64,000 bases of DNA from Chiloscyllium plagiosum (Eukaryota): NCBI RefSeq assembly GCF_004010195.1, contig NC_057728.1, positions 49,592,561 to 49,656,560 of the forward strand, given 5' to 3'. Shown here piece after piece: positions 21,514 through 32,500 of the stretch. Made by a program: the position numbers and the translations under genes. Under the pieces are notes generated by a model that ran no database searches, had not been told where the DNA came from, and saw only the letters and a list, made by a program, of their open reading frames with translations. How positions within the stretch are numbered: position 1 is the first letter of the stretch; every line of letters begins with the position of its first letter.

Positions 21514-24129
21514 AGAGAAAGTTTACTCAATTAATACCTGGATTAGGAAGGTTGTCACTTGAAGGAAGGTTGAACAGGCTGGCTTGCATCTGCTGGAGTT
21601 TAGAATAATAAAAGATTACTTGATTGAATCATATAAGATTCTGACAGGGCAGATGTGGACATTATGTTTCCTCTTCTGGGAGAAGAACTAGGGGGCCACT
21701 GTTTAAAAATAAGAGGTCACCCATTTGAGAAGGAGGTAGGAGTATTTCTTTTTCTCTCACAGGGGATCACAAGTCTTTAGAACTCTCTTCCTCATTGGAA
21801 GCAGAGTTCTTAAATATTTCTAAGGCAAAGATAGATAGGTTCTTGATGAACGGGGGGTGAAAGATTATCGGGCGTAGGTGGGAATCTGGAGCATTTAGAT
21901 CAGCCCAGATCTTGTTAAATGGTGGTTCGAAGGGCAGACTGACCTGCTCCTAATTTGTCTGTTTATGTGTTCAAATTTATTCAGCGCCTGTCATGTGAGA
22001 TATTTGATTCTTGCGTTGAGCACTGCACATGTGCTATTGGTGGGGAGCCAGTCTCCTACACCGTCAACCCAACAGAATTCCAGAGCCTGCAGTCCCCAGC
22101 ATGCTATGCTTCCCTGTCCCTCAGCAGCTTTGTGGCTGGAGGAAGAGAAGAGGTGATGAGGAGAAGGATAGGATGTTAGATATAAGGTTCAAGATGGTTA
22201 AGAATTAGTCAATGTGAAAGTTGTTCTAAGCAAGGATTAATACCTATCTAGGTTTTGGAAGATTACTGTCTGTGTGAGCATTAAGGACTTGATACTGCTG
22301 TTGTTTCAGTCCCACAGGAACAACTGTCTAATCAAAGCAAAAAAAAACTCAGCACACTGAAACCAAAATCTCCCGGGACTGTGAAGTCTGCTTCTGGAGT
22401 GAGTGAATGAATGAATTAGTTAGTTAGTTGAAAGAAGTGCACCTGTGAAAGCTGGTGCAATCTCAGTCCTGACAATAAAGGATACACAGTAAGTTAAAGA
22501 GAGAAAAAGCTGGAAAATAGCTCAGGAGGGAGCCAGGAAGATGTACCAGCAACCAAACTTAAAGAGTGAGTAATGTCTGACTAGGATCTAATGGAGTCAT
22601 ACATGTCTCAATTGTCCTTCTTAAAGTCCTGCTCAAGTCTGTTTCTTCTTGTTTAGATGTGTCAGTATCACAGACTAATACCAATATTCTTCCAACATAT
22701 ATATGGATAACATCAGCTAAACTGCAGTTTCCTTTATATGACATATTAGGTACAAGTTGTATTCTATGACTATCCTGGCTGATCCAATTATCTGGTGAAG
22801 GAAGGGAACTCAGTTAGAAGATAAGACATTGTTCAACACTCAGATTTAAGAGGGAAAGCTGGTTAGTAGAAATGACGAGATTGAGTCCTACAGGAATAAG
22901 AAGTTCAACAAACTATCTGTAACAATCTTAGAATCATTCCTGGGCACTCCAAACAGGAATTGTGTTAAAAGGTATTTGAGTGGATTAAGTGGATTAAAAG
23001 TGGACTGAGAGATGGATGATCCTGTGTAGCAATATGTCATGGTGATCTAGACCTGTTTCCACTGCATGTATTATTTGTTCATTTAACTTCAATAATAAAT
23101 GGTGATGCCTTGGGATTCCCTCTAGGTCCAGCTCTTAGTTAGTTTCCACTAAAATCTTGTCTACTCTTGAAATTGAGCAGTAAAATGAGCTTTTTTGAGA
23201 TCCTTGTTGAGAAATCAGCTGAGTGTTCTTGTTTGCTGTTGACAAAGATTCCTTTCATTCCACAAAGTATAAGATTAGCCTTATTGGAAGCTTTGTAACT
23301 ATAGCCAAAGTCATTTTTGACCATGTAAGCTTGGTGTTGAATTGGGGTGCATCAAAACCATTCTGCAGGATAATAGTTATTTTGAAAGATCATTTCTCAC
23401 TTTATATCATGCAAATTCATGAACTACCCTAAGCCTATCATGTTTGGCTCTGAAAAGTGCCCAGTATACCTCCTATTACCTTGAAGGGTAAGGTATCTCA
23501 AACATTTGGGAAACTGCGGAAACTAACTGTTTTGTGCTGCTACTATAAAGTAGCAACATGAATAGTGTTTGCCACGAATAAACTGCTGTCTTCAAACTGA
23601 AAAGATTTTCTGCACACCTCACAAATGAGTGGTGTGTTGTATGAATTTCAGTGTCAGTCTAATGCTAGTTATGTAGCCTCAAGTTAAAAAAAAAGATCGT
23701 ATCAAATAGTATATTCCATGACAGCTCACAACAGGCAAGGAACTAACTGCACCTAACCAGCTTGCAAAACTGAAAACAGTGTCTATCATTATGTAGTTTT
23801 CATGATTAGACAGTAATAGCTAAACAATCTGTTGTGTGCCAGGAATTATGCAAACAAGCAATTTAGACTTGCAATATTATGTGCTAGAAGCTACCCCGGT
23901 ACTTTGCAGATAGAAAGAACATGTTCACATACTATTTTGTTTCAACTCAACGAAACAGGTGACAGCCATCCTCTCATTCATTTCTTGGGGCAACCTGCCC
24001 AGTTTTAAATGGAAAGAAAGTTTGACAGTTAACTGTCAATCATCATCTAAGATATGATGATGGGATTAATGTTATATTGTGTTACAAATGATGAAGAGTG
24101 TTAATCAAGTGAATAGACAGAAATAGTTC

Positions 24130-24350
24130 AAGGCTCTTGTGGTACAATGGTAGGTCCCTACCTATGTGGTCAGAAAACCCAGGCTCATGTCCCACTTGCT
24201 TCCAAGGTGTGTGACATATCTGAATGGGTTGATTTGAAAGCATCTCAACTTTAGATATTTTAGGGTTCTTGTGATGTAGTGGTAGTGTCCCCATCTTGTG
24301 TCCAGGAGCCTCCAGTTCAAATATGAACTGCTCCAGGGTTGTGTAATACC
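24130..24350 (+). repeat. two tandem copies of a short tRNA-like SINE (others at about 19700-19795- and 46143-46228-)
   Basis: GG.TCTTGTG.T..A.TGGTAG.GTCCC..C.T.TG..CAG.A..C...GTTCA head is repeated. Confidence 0.55.
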
Positions 24351-25945
24351 CCTTCTCTCAGTCTTTTTTCTCCAAGGAGAACACTCCCAACTTCTTCAAT
24401 TTATCCTCATGACTGAAGTTTGTTCATTTCTGAAACCATTCTTGTAAATCACTTCAGCACTCTCTTCAATGCATTCACACTTTCCTGTAAGTGCCCACAA
24501 CTGTACATGTTACTCCAACTGAGGTTTAATAAGTGTCTTCACAAGGTCAACATCATCTCCCTGCTTTCTACTCTACAGCCCTATTAATAAAGCAGGGAGC
24601 ACTGTATGCTTTATTAGCTGTTCTCCACCTGTCCTGCTACCTTCACTGATCTCTGCACATACACACCTAGGTCCCTCAGCTCTGGCACCCCTTTAGGATT
24701 TTACCTCCCACTTTATATCATCTTTCAACGTTCTTCCAACCAAAGTGCATCACCTCACATTTCTCTGCAATGAACTTCATCGTCATCCATTCACCTGCTC
24801 TACTTACTTGTCAATGTCCTTTCAGAGTTCCACACTGTCCTCCTCAAAGTTTATAATTCTTTCAAGTTTAGTGTCATCTGCAAACTTTAAAATTGTCACT
24901 TGCACACTAAAATCCAAATCATTAAGATATATCAGAAAAAGCAAGGGTCCCAATACTGACCCCTGGGGAACTCCACTACAAACCTCCCTCCAACCCCAAA
25001 ATATCATTTTACCATTACTCTCTGTTTCCTGTCACTCAATTAATTTTTGATCCACATTGCCACTATTCCTTTTATACCTTGACCTATAATTTTCTTCACA
25101 AGTCTGTTGTGTGGTTCCATGTCAGATATCTTCTGGAAATCCATGTATACAACTTCAGCAGTATTACATCGACCCTTTCTGTTACCCATTCAATGCCTCC
25201 AGCAAGATAGTTAAACACAATTGTCTCTTTAGAAATCCGATGTTAACTCTTCATAATTGACACATCTGTTCCTGTGTGATTATTAATTCCATCCCAAATA
25301 ATTGTTTCTAGAGGTTTCCCCACGATCAACGTAAACTAAGTGGTCTGTCCTTGCAACCCTTCTTGAACAAAGTTGTAATGTTTGCAATCCTCCAGTCTTC
25401 TGGCACTTCCCCCAAGCCCAGGGAAGACTGAAAGAATATGTCCAATGCCCAACAAGTGCTCCCTTCACTGCTTTCAAAACTTTGGATGCACTTCATCCAG
25501 TCACAGTACCTTGTTAACTTTAAATGCCAACAATCTATCCAACACTTCTGCCATACTAATCTTGAACTTTCTAATGACAAGAGGCTTCTCCACTTCCATA
25601 GACTGGGCAGCAACATTCTTTTTTATGAAGACAGACGCAAAGTATTCATTTAACACCACAGCTATGTCCCCAACCCCATTTGATCTCTGAGCAGCCCTAT
25701 TCCTTCTTAAACCAGTCTTCTGCTGTTTATGTAGAAAACTTTGGGATTTCAAAATACTATAAGACATAGGTGCAGAAATTAGGCCATTCAGCCCATTGAG
25801 TCTGCTCTGCGTTCAATCATGGCTGATAAGTTTCTCAACCTCATTATTCTGCTTTCTCCCTGTGACCCTTGATACTCAAGAACTTATGTCAGTCTCAAAT
25901 GTACTCAATGACTTGGCCTCCACTGTCTTCTGTGGCAATGATTTC
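24350..25945 (-). mobile_element. decayed CR1-type LINE fragments (RT region plus a separate 3' tail)
   Basis: ORF 24822-25007: [22 protein letters not shown]...KFADDTKL; also VPEDWRIANITTLFKKG and LNEYFASVF. Confidence 0.88.
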
Positions 25946-26083
25946 CTTTATGGTGTGTGCGCTCGAAGAGAATGGAGGGATGCAGAGAGCAAACAGAAAG
26001 GCAGAGCTGAGGCCATGACCTTGTTGAATGGGGAAGGAGGTGTGAAGGGCCGAATGGTTTGCCCAGACTTTGGGGGTCTGTTG

Positions 26084-26560
26084 TATCCCACAATCCAGCG
26101 GTGAAGATGGCGGCGCCCAGGAGCCGGAGGCGCGTGCAGTCCGAGTGAAGGGAACCTCTGTCCGCCCACTGACTGTGGTAGAGGCCGTGTCCCTCCACTC
26201 CTCTCACAATGAAGAACAAACCCACCCGGCACCGGACTCAGAACACGTTCCGGGTGAGCGGCGCAGGTTGAGGCCGGTTGTGGGGGCGGCCCTGGGCCTG
26301 GGCTCCTCGGAATCCGTGTCAGCGCCGTCTGCCCGGGGGAGGAATGCGTCTCGATTCTCCCCTCCCAGCTCCAACCTCCTTATCCCATCGGATAATCTCC
26401 CTCCAAACCACCCCCCGGGATCTCCCTCCCCCGATCACTCGCTCCAAGACGATCCCCTTTCTAATCCACCCCCTCACCCATCTCTCACTCACTCCAGGAC
26501 TGGACTGTACAGCGAGGATTGAACCCACAGGGCGATTTAGACGCAAGAGCCTCTTGCATC
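26084..26560 (+). promoter_or_regulatory. UTP20 CpG-island promoter / 5' end with YY1 motif and partial ZNF143-like motif
   Basis: This is the only clearly GC/CpG-dense non-repeat stretch in the window. AAGATGGCGGC (YY1 consensus) is at 26104-26114. TATCCCACAATCCAGCG at 26084-26100 partly resembles the ZNF143/Staf site. Confidence 0.75.
26209..26253 (+). CDS. UTP20: UTP20 exon 1 coding part (45 bp)
   Basis: ATG MKNKPTRHRTQNTFR; donor gtgagc; lies in a CpG-rich region. Confidence 0.9.
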
Positions 26561-29500
26561 TTCTCAGAGTAATTTCGATAAACTTTTGCCACGGTCAAAT
26601 GAACCGGAAGAAGGCATTCGGGTTGGATTGCTCCAGTGAAGAATTGCCACAGATGTGGGCTGAATGGACTGTAAACATCTTTGTGGCTCCTTGCCTCGTG
26701 TGGATGCCCTATGATATGCCAATTTCTCCCAGGAATAACAATAATGTTTGATTGGGGGAAGTAATATATCCTGATTAAGCAAGGTTGTTTAGGAAACACT
26801 GTTTGCAACACGTGACAATCTGACAAACCAAAATAAGCCAAAGCCCATCATCTTTAATAATGTATTTATTCAGCGTATATGGGGGCTGTTATAAAATGAG
26901 TTTTATTTCACATTGTTAAATGCAGCCTGAATCTGGAGTCAGGTCTAAGCTAACAGTTGAGTAGTGTTGCACTCCTGATGAGGATTGTAGCCTGTTTGGC
27001 TTTGGAATTTGTTAAATCTTTGAAATGGACATCACATGGGTTTATTCTGAAATTTAAAAAAAACTACCATGTCAATTTTATAAATGTATGCACACGCACT
27101 CAACCTGTCTCCATGCTGTCAAGCAGTACTGATGTGCAATCTCCTCTGCAACACACTGTCTCCAGTTGAGTGCACCCCACAGTTAAGCGAGCATTGCTGC
27201 TGGTTGGCAAGCTGATATACTTACGGCCGCAGGGATTTTACTAGATGGCATACAAATGAACCAAATCTTGTTAGGGAACTTTCATCTTTTGTTTGATAAC
27301 TTTGAAATAAATTAGCATGTTGATTGAAATTGTAATGGGAGATGTTAATAATTGACAAAAACAAAAGTCAGAAAAAGGGTCTCTTTGTGCTTTTGTGTGT
27401 GAGCATTGATTTAGATGATGTGAGTTTGTGATTAATAAAATTAATCTTCCTCTATTTACAGTTTCTCACCTTCTCAGAACGGTTAGCGAATGTGAATATT
27501 GATATAATCCATCGGATTGATAGAACTGGGAGCTATGCTGAGGTAAAGAGAACCTGATAACACAAGCATAAAACTTTTGATAATGAGCATGCTTTAAATT
27601 CTGTCTGCCTTAAGTGCTGCAATAGCTGGAATATTTCTTGAAAAGAGAAAGGGCTTTACAATTATTTCCCCTCAAAGATTGTTTCTGAATTGTTTTAACT
27701 GCAAAAAGCAGTTGAGGCAAAGCTTGAAGCCTTGGACTTAGATTATAAGGAGAAGTAAAGGAGAAATGGGATCAGCTGTAACATTAGCATTGAATTGATG
27801 GGCAGAATGACCTCCTTAGTGTGTAATTGCTGTGATCTGCATGGTATTATTTTAATATAAATCCTATTCTTGTATGAAGGCTTTTTTTTTGCTTTTTCTA
27901 AATGCCTAAGGTTAAAGTAGCTAGTAGCACATTGTAAAAGTAAGGTATTCTTTAAATGGTGTCTTGTAAATAAATTCTTATAAGCATTAGTGAGATGAAT
28001 GTTTTACTTTCTTAATTCGCAGTGAAGCGATGTGACTAAATGCTAATGCATTGTAACTGAAAAGGAACTTACATTTGCGTAGCAACTTTTATGTTACTGA
28101 AATGCCACAAAGCAGTTGATTTTTTTTTGTTTTGTTACATGCAGCTACAATTGTAATGTATGAAAATGCAGCAGGTAATTTCTGAGTAGCAAGCTCCCAC
28201 ATATAGCAGTGCTTTAAGGATTTTTGATTGTGAGTTAATTGTAGATCAGGAATCTGGGAAGAGCTCTCCAGCTGTTCTTTTATTCCTGATGAAGGGCTTT
28301 TGCCCGAAACGTCGATTTCGGAGCTCCTTGGATGCTGCCTGAATTGCTGTGCTCTTCCAGCACCACTAATCCAGAAGCTGTTCTTTTCAGTAGTGTCATG
28401 AGATTTTTTGCATCTATCTTGGAGTTCAGATGCAGTCTCAGTTTCGCATTGCATTTGAGTATGGTACTCAAGCATGCATTGTAAGTGTCAGCTTGGATTA
28501 ATTGCTGGAGGCTTGGAGTGATACTTGAACTCTCAAGCTTCTGATGTTGACATGAGTGTTTTTGAACTGAGCTATGGTTGACATTTGTAGATCTCCAGTG
28601 CAAGTGTGAATCCATGCTGATGTCCTAAATTTGTCTCCAGTGACAGATTTAATTTGTTATTCCAGTGGCTGTGATTTAACCTGCTTTGCAATCCTTTGCA
28701 AAGAATCAGAGTCAGACAGAACAAGCTAAGTCAGTGAGAGATATGAGCATAGAGGTGCACTATTACCTGGACTTTCAAAGCTTGTCTCCAGAACTGGAAG
28801 GTCTGCAGTTGGATTGTTCCTGTTGTAGTTCCAGTGACTAGGATTGATACTCCAGTATGTTTTTTGTGCACATGGTCACATACTCATTGCCCTGTATGTG
28901 CAAGTCAAAACCTGCACTTCTTTTCTCAGGAAGTTGAAACCTACTTTTATGAAGGCCTGGAGAAATGGAGAGATCTTAACTGCACGGATCACTTTGGTAT
29001 GGCTTTATTTACACAGTTGTTCATTAAAATTTGTCACAGAAATTTTGCAGTGCATTTGCTCCAATTTACGTTTAATTGAAAGTACGATATAATGTGCTCA
29101 GGAGTGGATATGGTTGTGAAAAAGATAAGCCCTTCCGGGCTGTGGGTAAAGAGCAGACTGAGGTCAGAGCAGGACTAGACACTTTTTAAATTCAGTAATG
29201 GAATATGGGATCACTGGTTAAGCTGGCATTTATTGCCAGAGGAGAAACTGAGGACTGCAGATGCTGGAGATAAGAGCTGAAAATGTGTTGCTGGAAAAGC
29301 ACAGCAGGTCAGGCAGCATCCAAGGAGCAGGAGAATCGATGTTTCGAACATGAGCAAATGATTGATTCATTCCTGAAGAAGGGCTCATGCCCGAAATGTC
29401 GATTCTCCTGTTCCTTGGATGCTGCCTGACCTGCTGTGCTTTTCTAGTAACACATTTTCAGCATTTATTGCCAGAGGGCAATTAAGAGTCAACTATATTG

Positions 29501-32500
29501 CTGTGTGTCTGGAGTCACTAAACCAAGTAAGAATGGTAGCTTTCCTCCCTAAAGAACATTAGTGAGCCTGATGGGTCTTTATGACAATCGACAATGGATT
29601 TGTAGTCACCATCAGTCTCTTTATTCCAGGTTTTTATTGAATTCAAATTCCACCATCTGTTGAGATGGGATTCAAACCCAAGTACCCAGAACATTATCGG
29701 AGACTCTGGATTAACAGACCAGCAATAGCACCAGGCCATTGCCTCCTCATTACTGATTTCCTTCAACTCTGTCCTTTCACCAAACCGTTGGTCCTCCTAC
29801 ATTTCTGGGAAGTTATTTGTCCCCTTTTGGTGAAGACAGAACCAAAGTTTGTGTTGCATTATAATTTCCCTGTGTTCTTGAAGAGACTTTCACTTGTCTT
29901 TCCTAATCTTTTACTCTTCGTATATTTAAAGAAGCTTTTTACAGTCAGATTCTACATTTCCTGAATTTTACTCGTGTACTGTATTTTCTCCCTGTTGAAC
30001 AACTTTTCTTGACCGCTTTTGCTGAACTCTGAAGTGCTGCCAATCCTCAGGCTTGCTCCTCTCTTTTTTTTGGCAATTTATATGTCTCCTCTTGGGTCGC
30101 ATATTCTTCCTAATTTCTTTTGCAAGCCATGGTTTAGCCACCTTTTATATATGCTGCAGACAGGAATGAATAACTGTTCTAATTCATGCACATGTGATTT
30201 AAATATGAACCATTACCTGTCAATAATCAACCCTTCAGTAAGGTTCCCCAATTCATCTCGCTAATTTGCACCTCACACTCTCATTGTTCCCTTTTAAGAT
30301 TTCAGATTTGATTACTTCACTTTCCATCTAATGAAGAATTCTATTGTGTTATGATCATTCTCGCCCAAGGGACCTCATGCTGCAAGATTTTCAATGAATC
30401 CTTTCTCATTGCACAGTACCCAGTCTAGAATAGTCTGTCTCTGATTCGTTCCTCAATGTGTTGGTCTAAAAAAAACCATCACATAAACACTCCAGGAAGT
30501 CCTCCTCCACAGTACCATTGCTGGTTTGCTATGTCCAATCTAAATGTAAATTAAAGTCATCCATGATTACAGTTGTATTCTTATTACATTCATCTCTGAT
30601 TTCTTGTTTATTGTGTTCCCTAACATTTCCAGTATTGTTTGGGGACCAATAAACAACCCTCAACAAAGTTTCTACTCCTTGGTGTTTGTTATTCCATATC
30701 ATGATTTTCTGAGCCACTATCATTCCTCGCTATTGCACTGAATTACTCCTTTATTAACAGGAGTTAATACTCCTGTATTAACTATCCCAACACCTTTTCC
30801 TTTTTGTTTGTCCTTCTTCAAACATGATTACCACTCATTGCTGAGAGTCTGGAGTCACAGGCCAGCCAACTGGGTAAGGACAGCAGATCCCTCAAAGGCA
30901 AGGCCAGATTGGTGTTTACAGCAATCAATGATAGTTTTGTAGTCACCATTACTGAGATGAGCTTTCAATTCCAGATTTAATTATTAAATTTAAATTCCAG
31001 CAGCTGCTGTGGTGGGATTTGAACCCAGGTGCCCAGAACATTCGACTGGGCCTCTGGATGTCTAATCCATTAACATTGCCACCACATTACTGTGGTGGAA
31101 ATCCACTCAATCTCCTCATGTGTCTCTGAATTCTAGAATGGGCTTGTATTCACAACCTTGAAATGTGGAGACAGCCAAACTAATGAAAGGCTATGGTAAA
31201 GAATCAAAGACTGCGCAGTTGAAACTTGATTCTTGACTGGATTCTAACCTGTGTTTCTCTTTCTAGTTAACTTTTACAAAGAGGTATGCGGAATAACCCA
31301 ATCTTTTAATCAGTTGGTATACCATCAGAACACGGTGGTAGAAAGCTTGAAAAATCATCTTCAAATCAGGAGCAGCCTGGCATACCAACCTTTACTCGAG
31401 TAAGGATTTGAAGAGTTTGATTATGTTAAGAGGAAGAGTCAACAAATTAATCCACAGCTGTATATAGATGCTAGTAGATTGAAAGATGTTCTTAAACTTC
31501 TGTCTTATTGTAAACAGAAAACCTGCAGCATACAGGCGGCACGGTGGCTCAGTGGTTAGCACTGCTGTCTCACAGCGCCAGGGGCCCGGGTTCAATTCCT
31601 TGGGCAACTGTCTGTGTGGAGTTTGCACATTCTCCCTGTGTCTGCGTGGGTTTCCTCCGGGTCCTCCGGTTTCCTCCCACAGTCCAAAGATGTGCAGGAT
31701 AAGTGAATTGGCCATGCTAAATTGCCTATAGTGTTAGGTGGATTAGTCAGGAGTAAATATGGGGGGTGGGTTTCTCTTCGGAGGGTTGGGTGGACTTGTT
31801 GGGTCGAAGGTAATCCAATCTAATCTAATTGTGTGCTTGCTTCAGTGAGCAATCCTTTAAGATCAGCATATGATCTATCAAGCCCTGTTTCAGCCTGAGA
31901 TCTGATTTGTCCAATAGTAACAGCTGCTGGGATAATATGCTGTAATAAGTTGAAGTTTGGCATTTTTGCATTTGTCCTAATGACTGAGAGATGAAAAACA
32001 CAGCAACATGCCTCTTTTTTTTCCATCGTATTTTGTATGTATTTAAAACTGTAGTCCTTTGACGATGCCACCTATCTCTTTATTTGGCACATTGCAAAGT
32101 TTTGTTCATGTTTCTGTGAAATGCATTGCTCTGACTTTGCTATGTTAGCAAAGTGTAAAGTGACATTGTGCGATTTGTGAATTACAGCCTCGTGGTACAG
32201 TTGGCCAGAGATCTGCAGGGGGACTTCTATCCTCACTTCAGAGAGTTCTTTATAATTATAACCTCCTTGCTGAACACACAGGACACAGAACTGTTGGAAT
32301 GGATCTTCACCTGTCTCTCCTACCTGTACAAATACCTCTGGAGACTTATGGTCAAGGACATAACAGACATTTACAGGTGCACAGTCACTTTTTCAAGTTT
32401 GGGTCATTAAGAGTCTGCTGTTAAGCTTCTACTTGGAACATTTTCTTAATTTTTATGTGGGAGTTGCATACTTTAACAGATTGAAAGCAGCGACGATGTA

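Noticed and set aside
22230..23110. Possible solo LTR (also about 18715-19240)
   Set aside because: I could not define TG...CA ends, a TSD or a second copy.
26070..26841. Overlapping 100-157 aa ORFs at the CpG island
   Set aside because: GC-rich sequence is poor in stop codons. The real coding part is the 45-bp UTP20 exon 1, in another frame.
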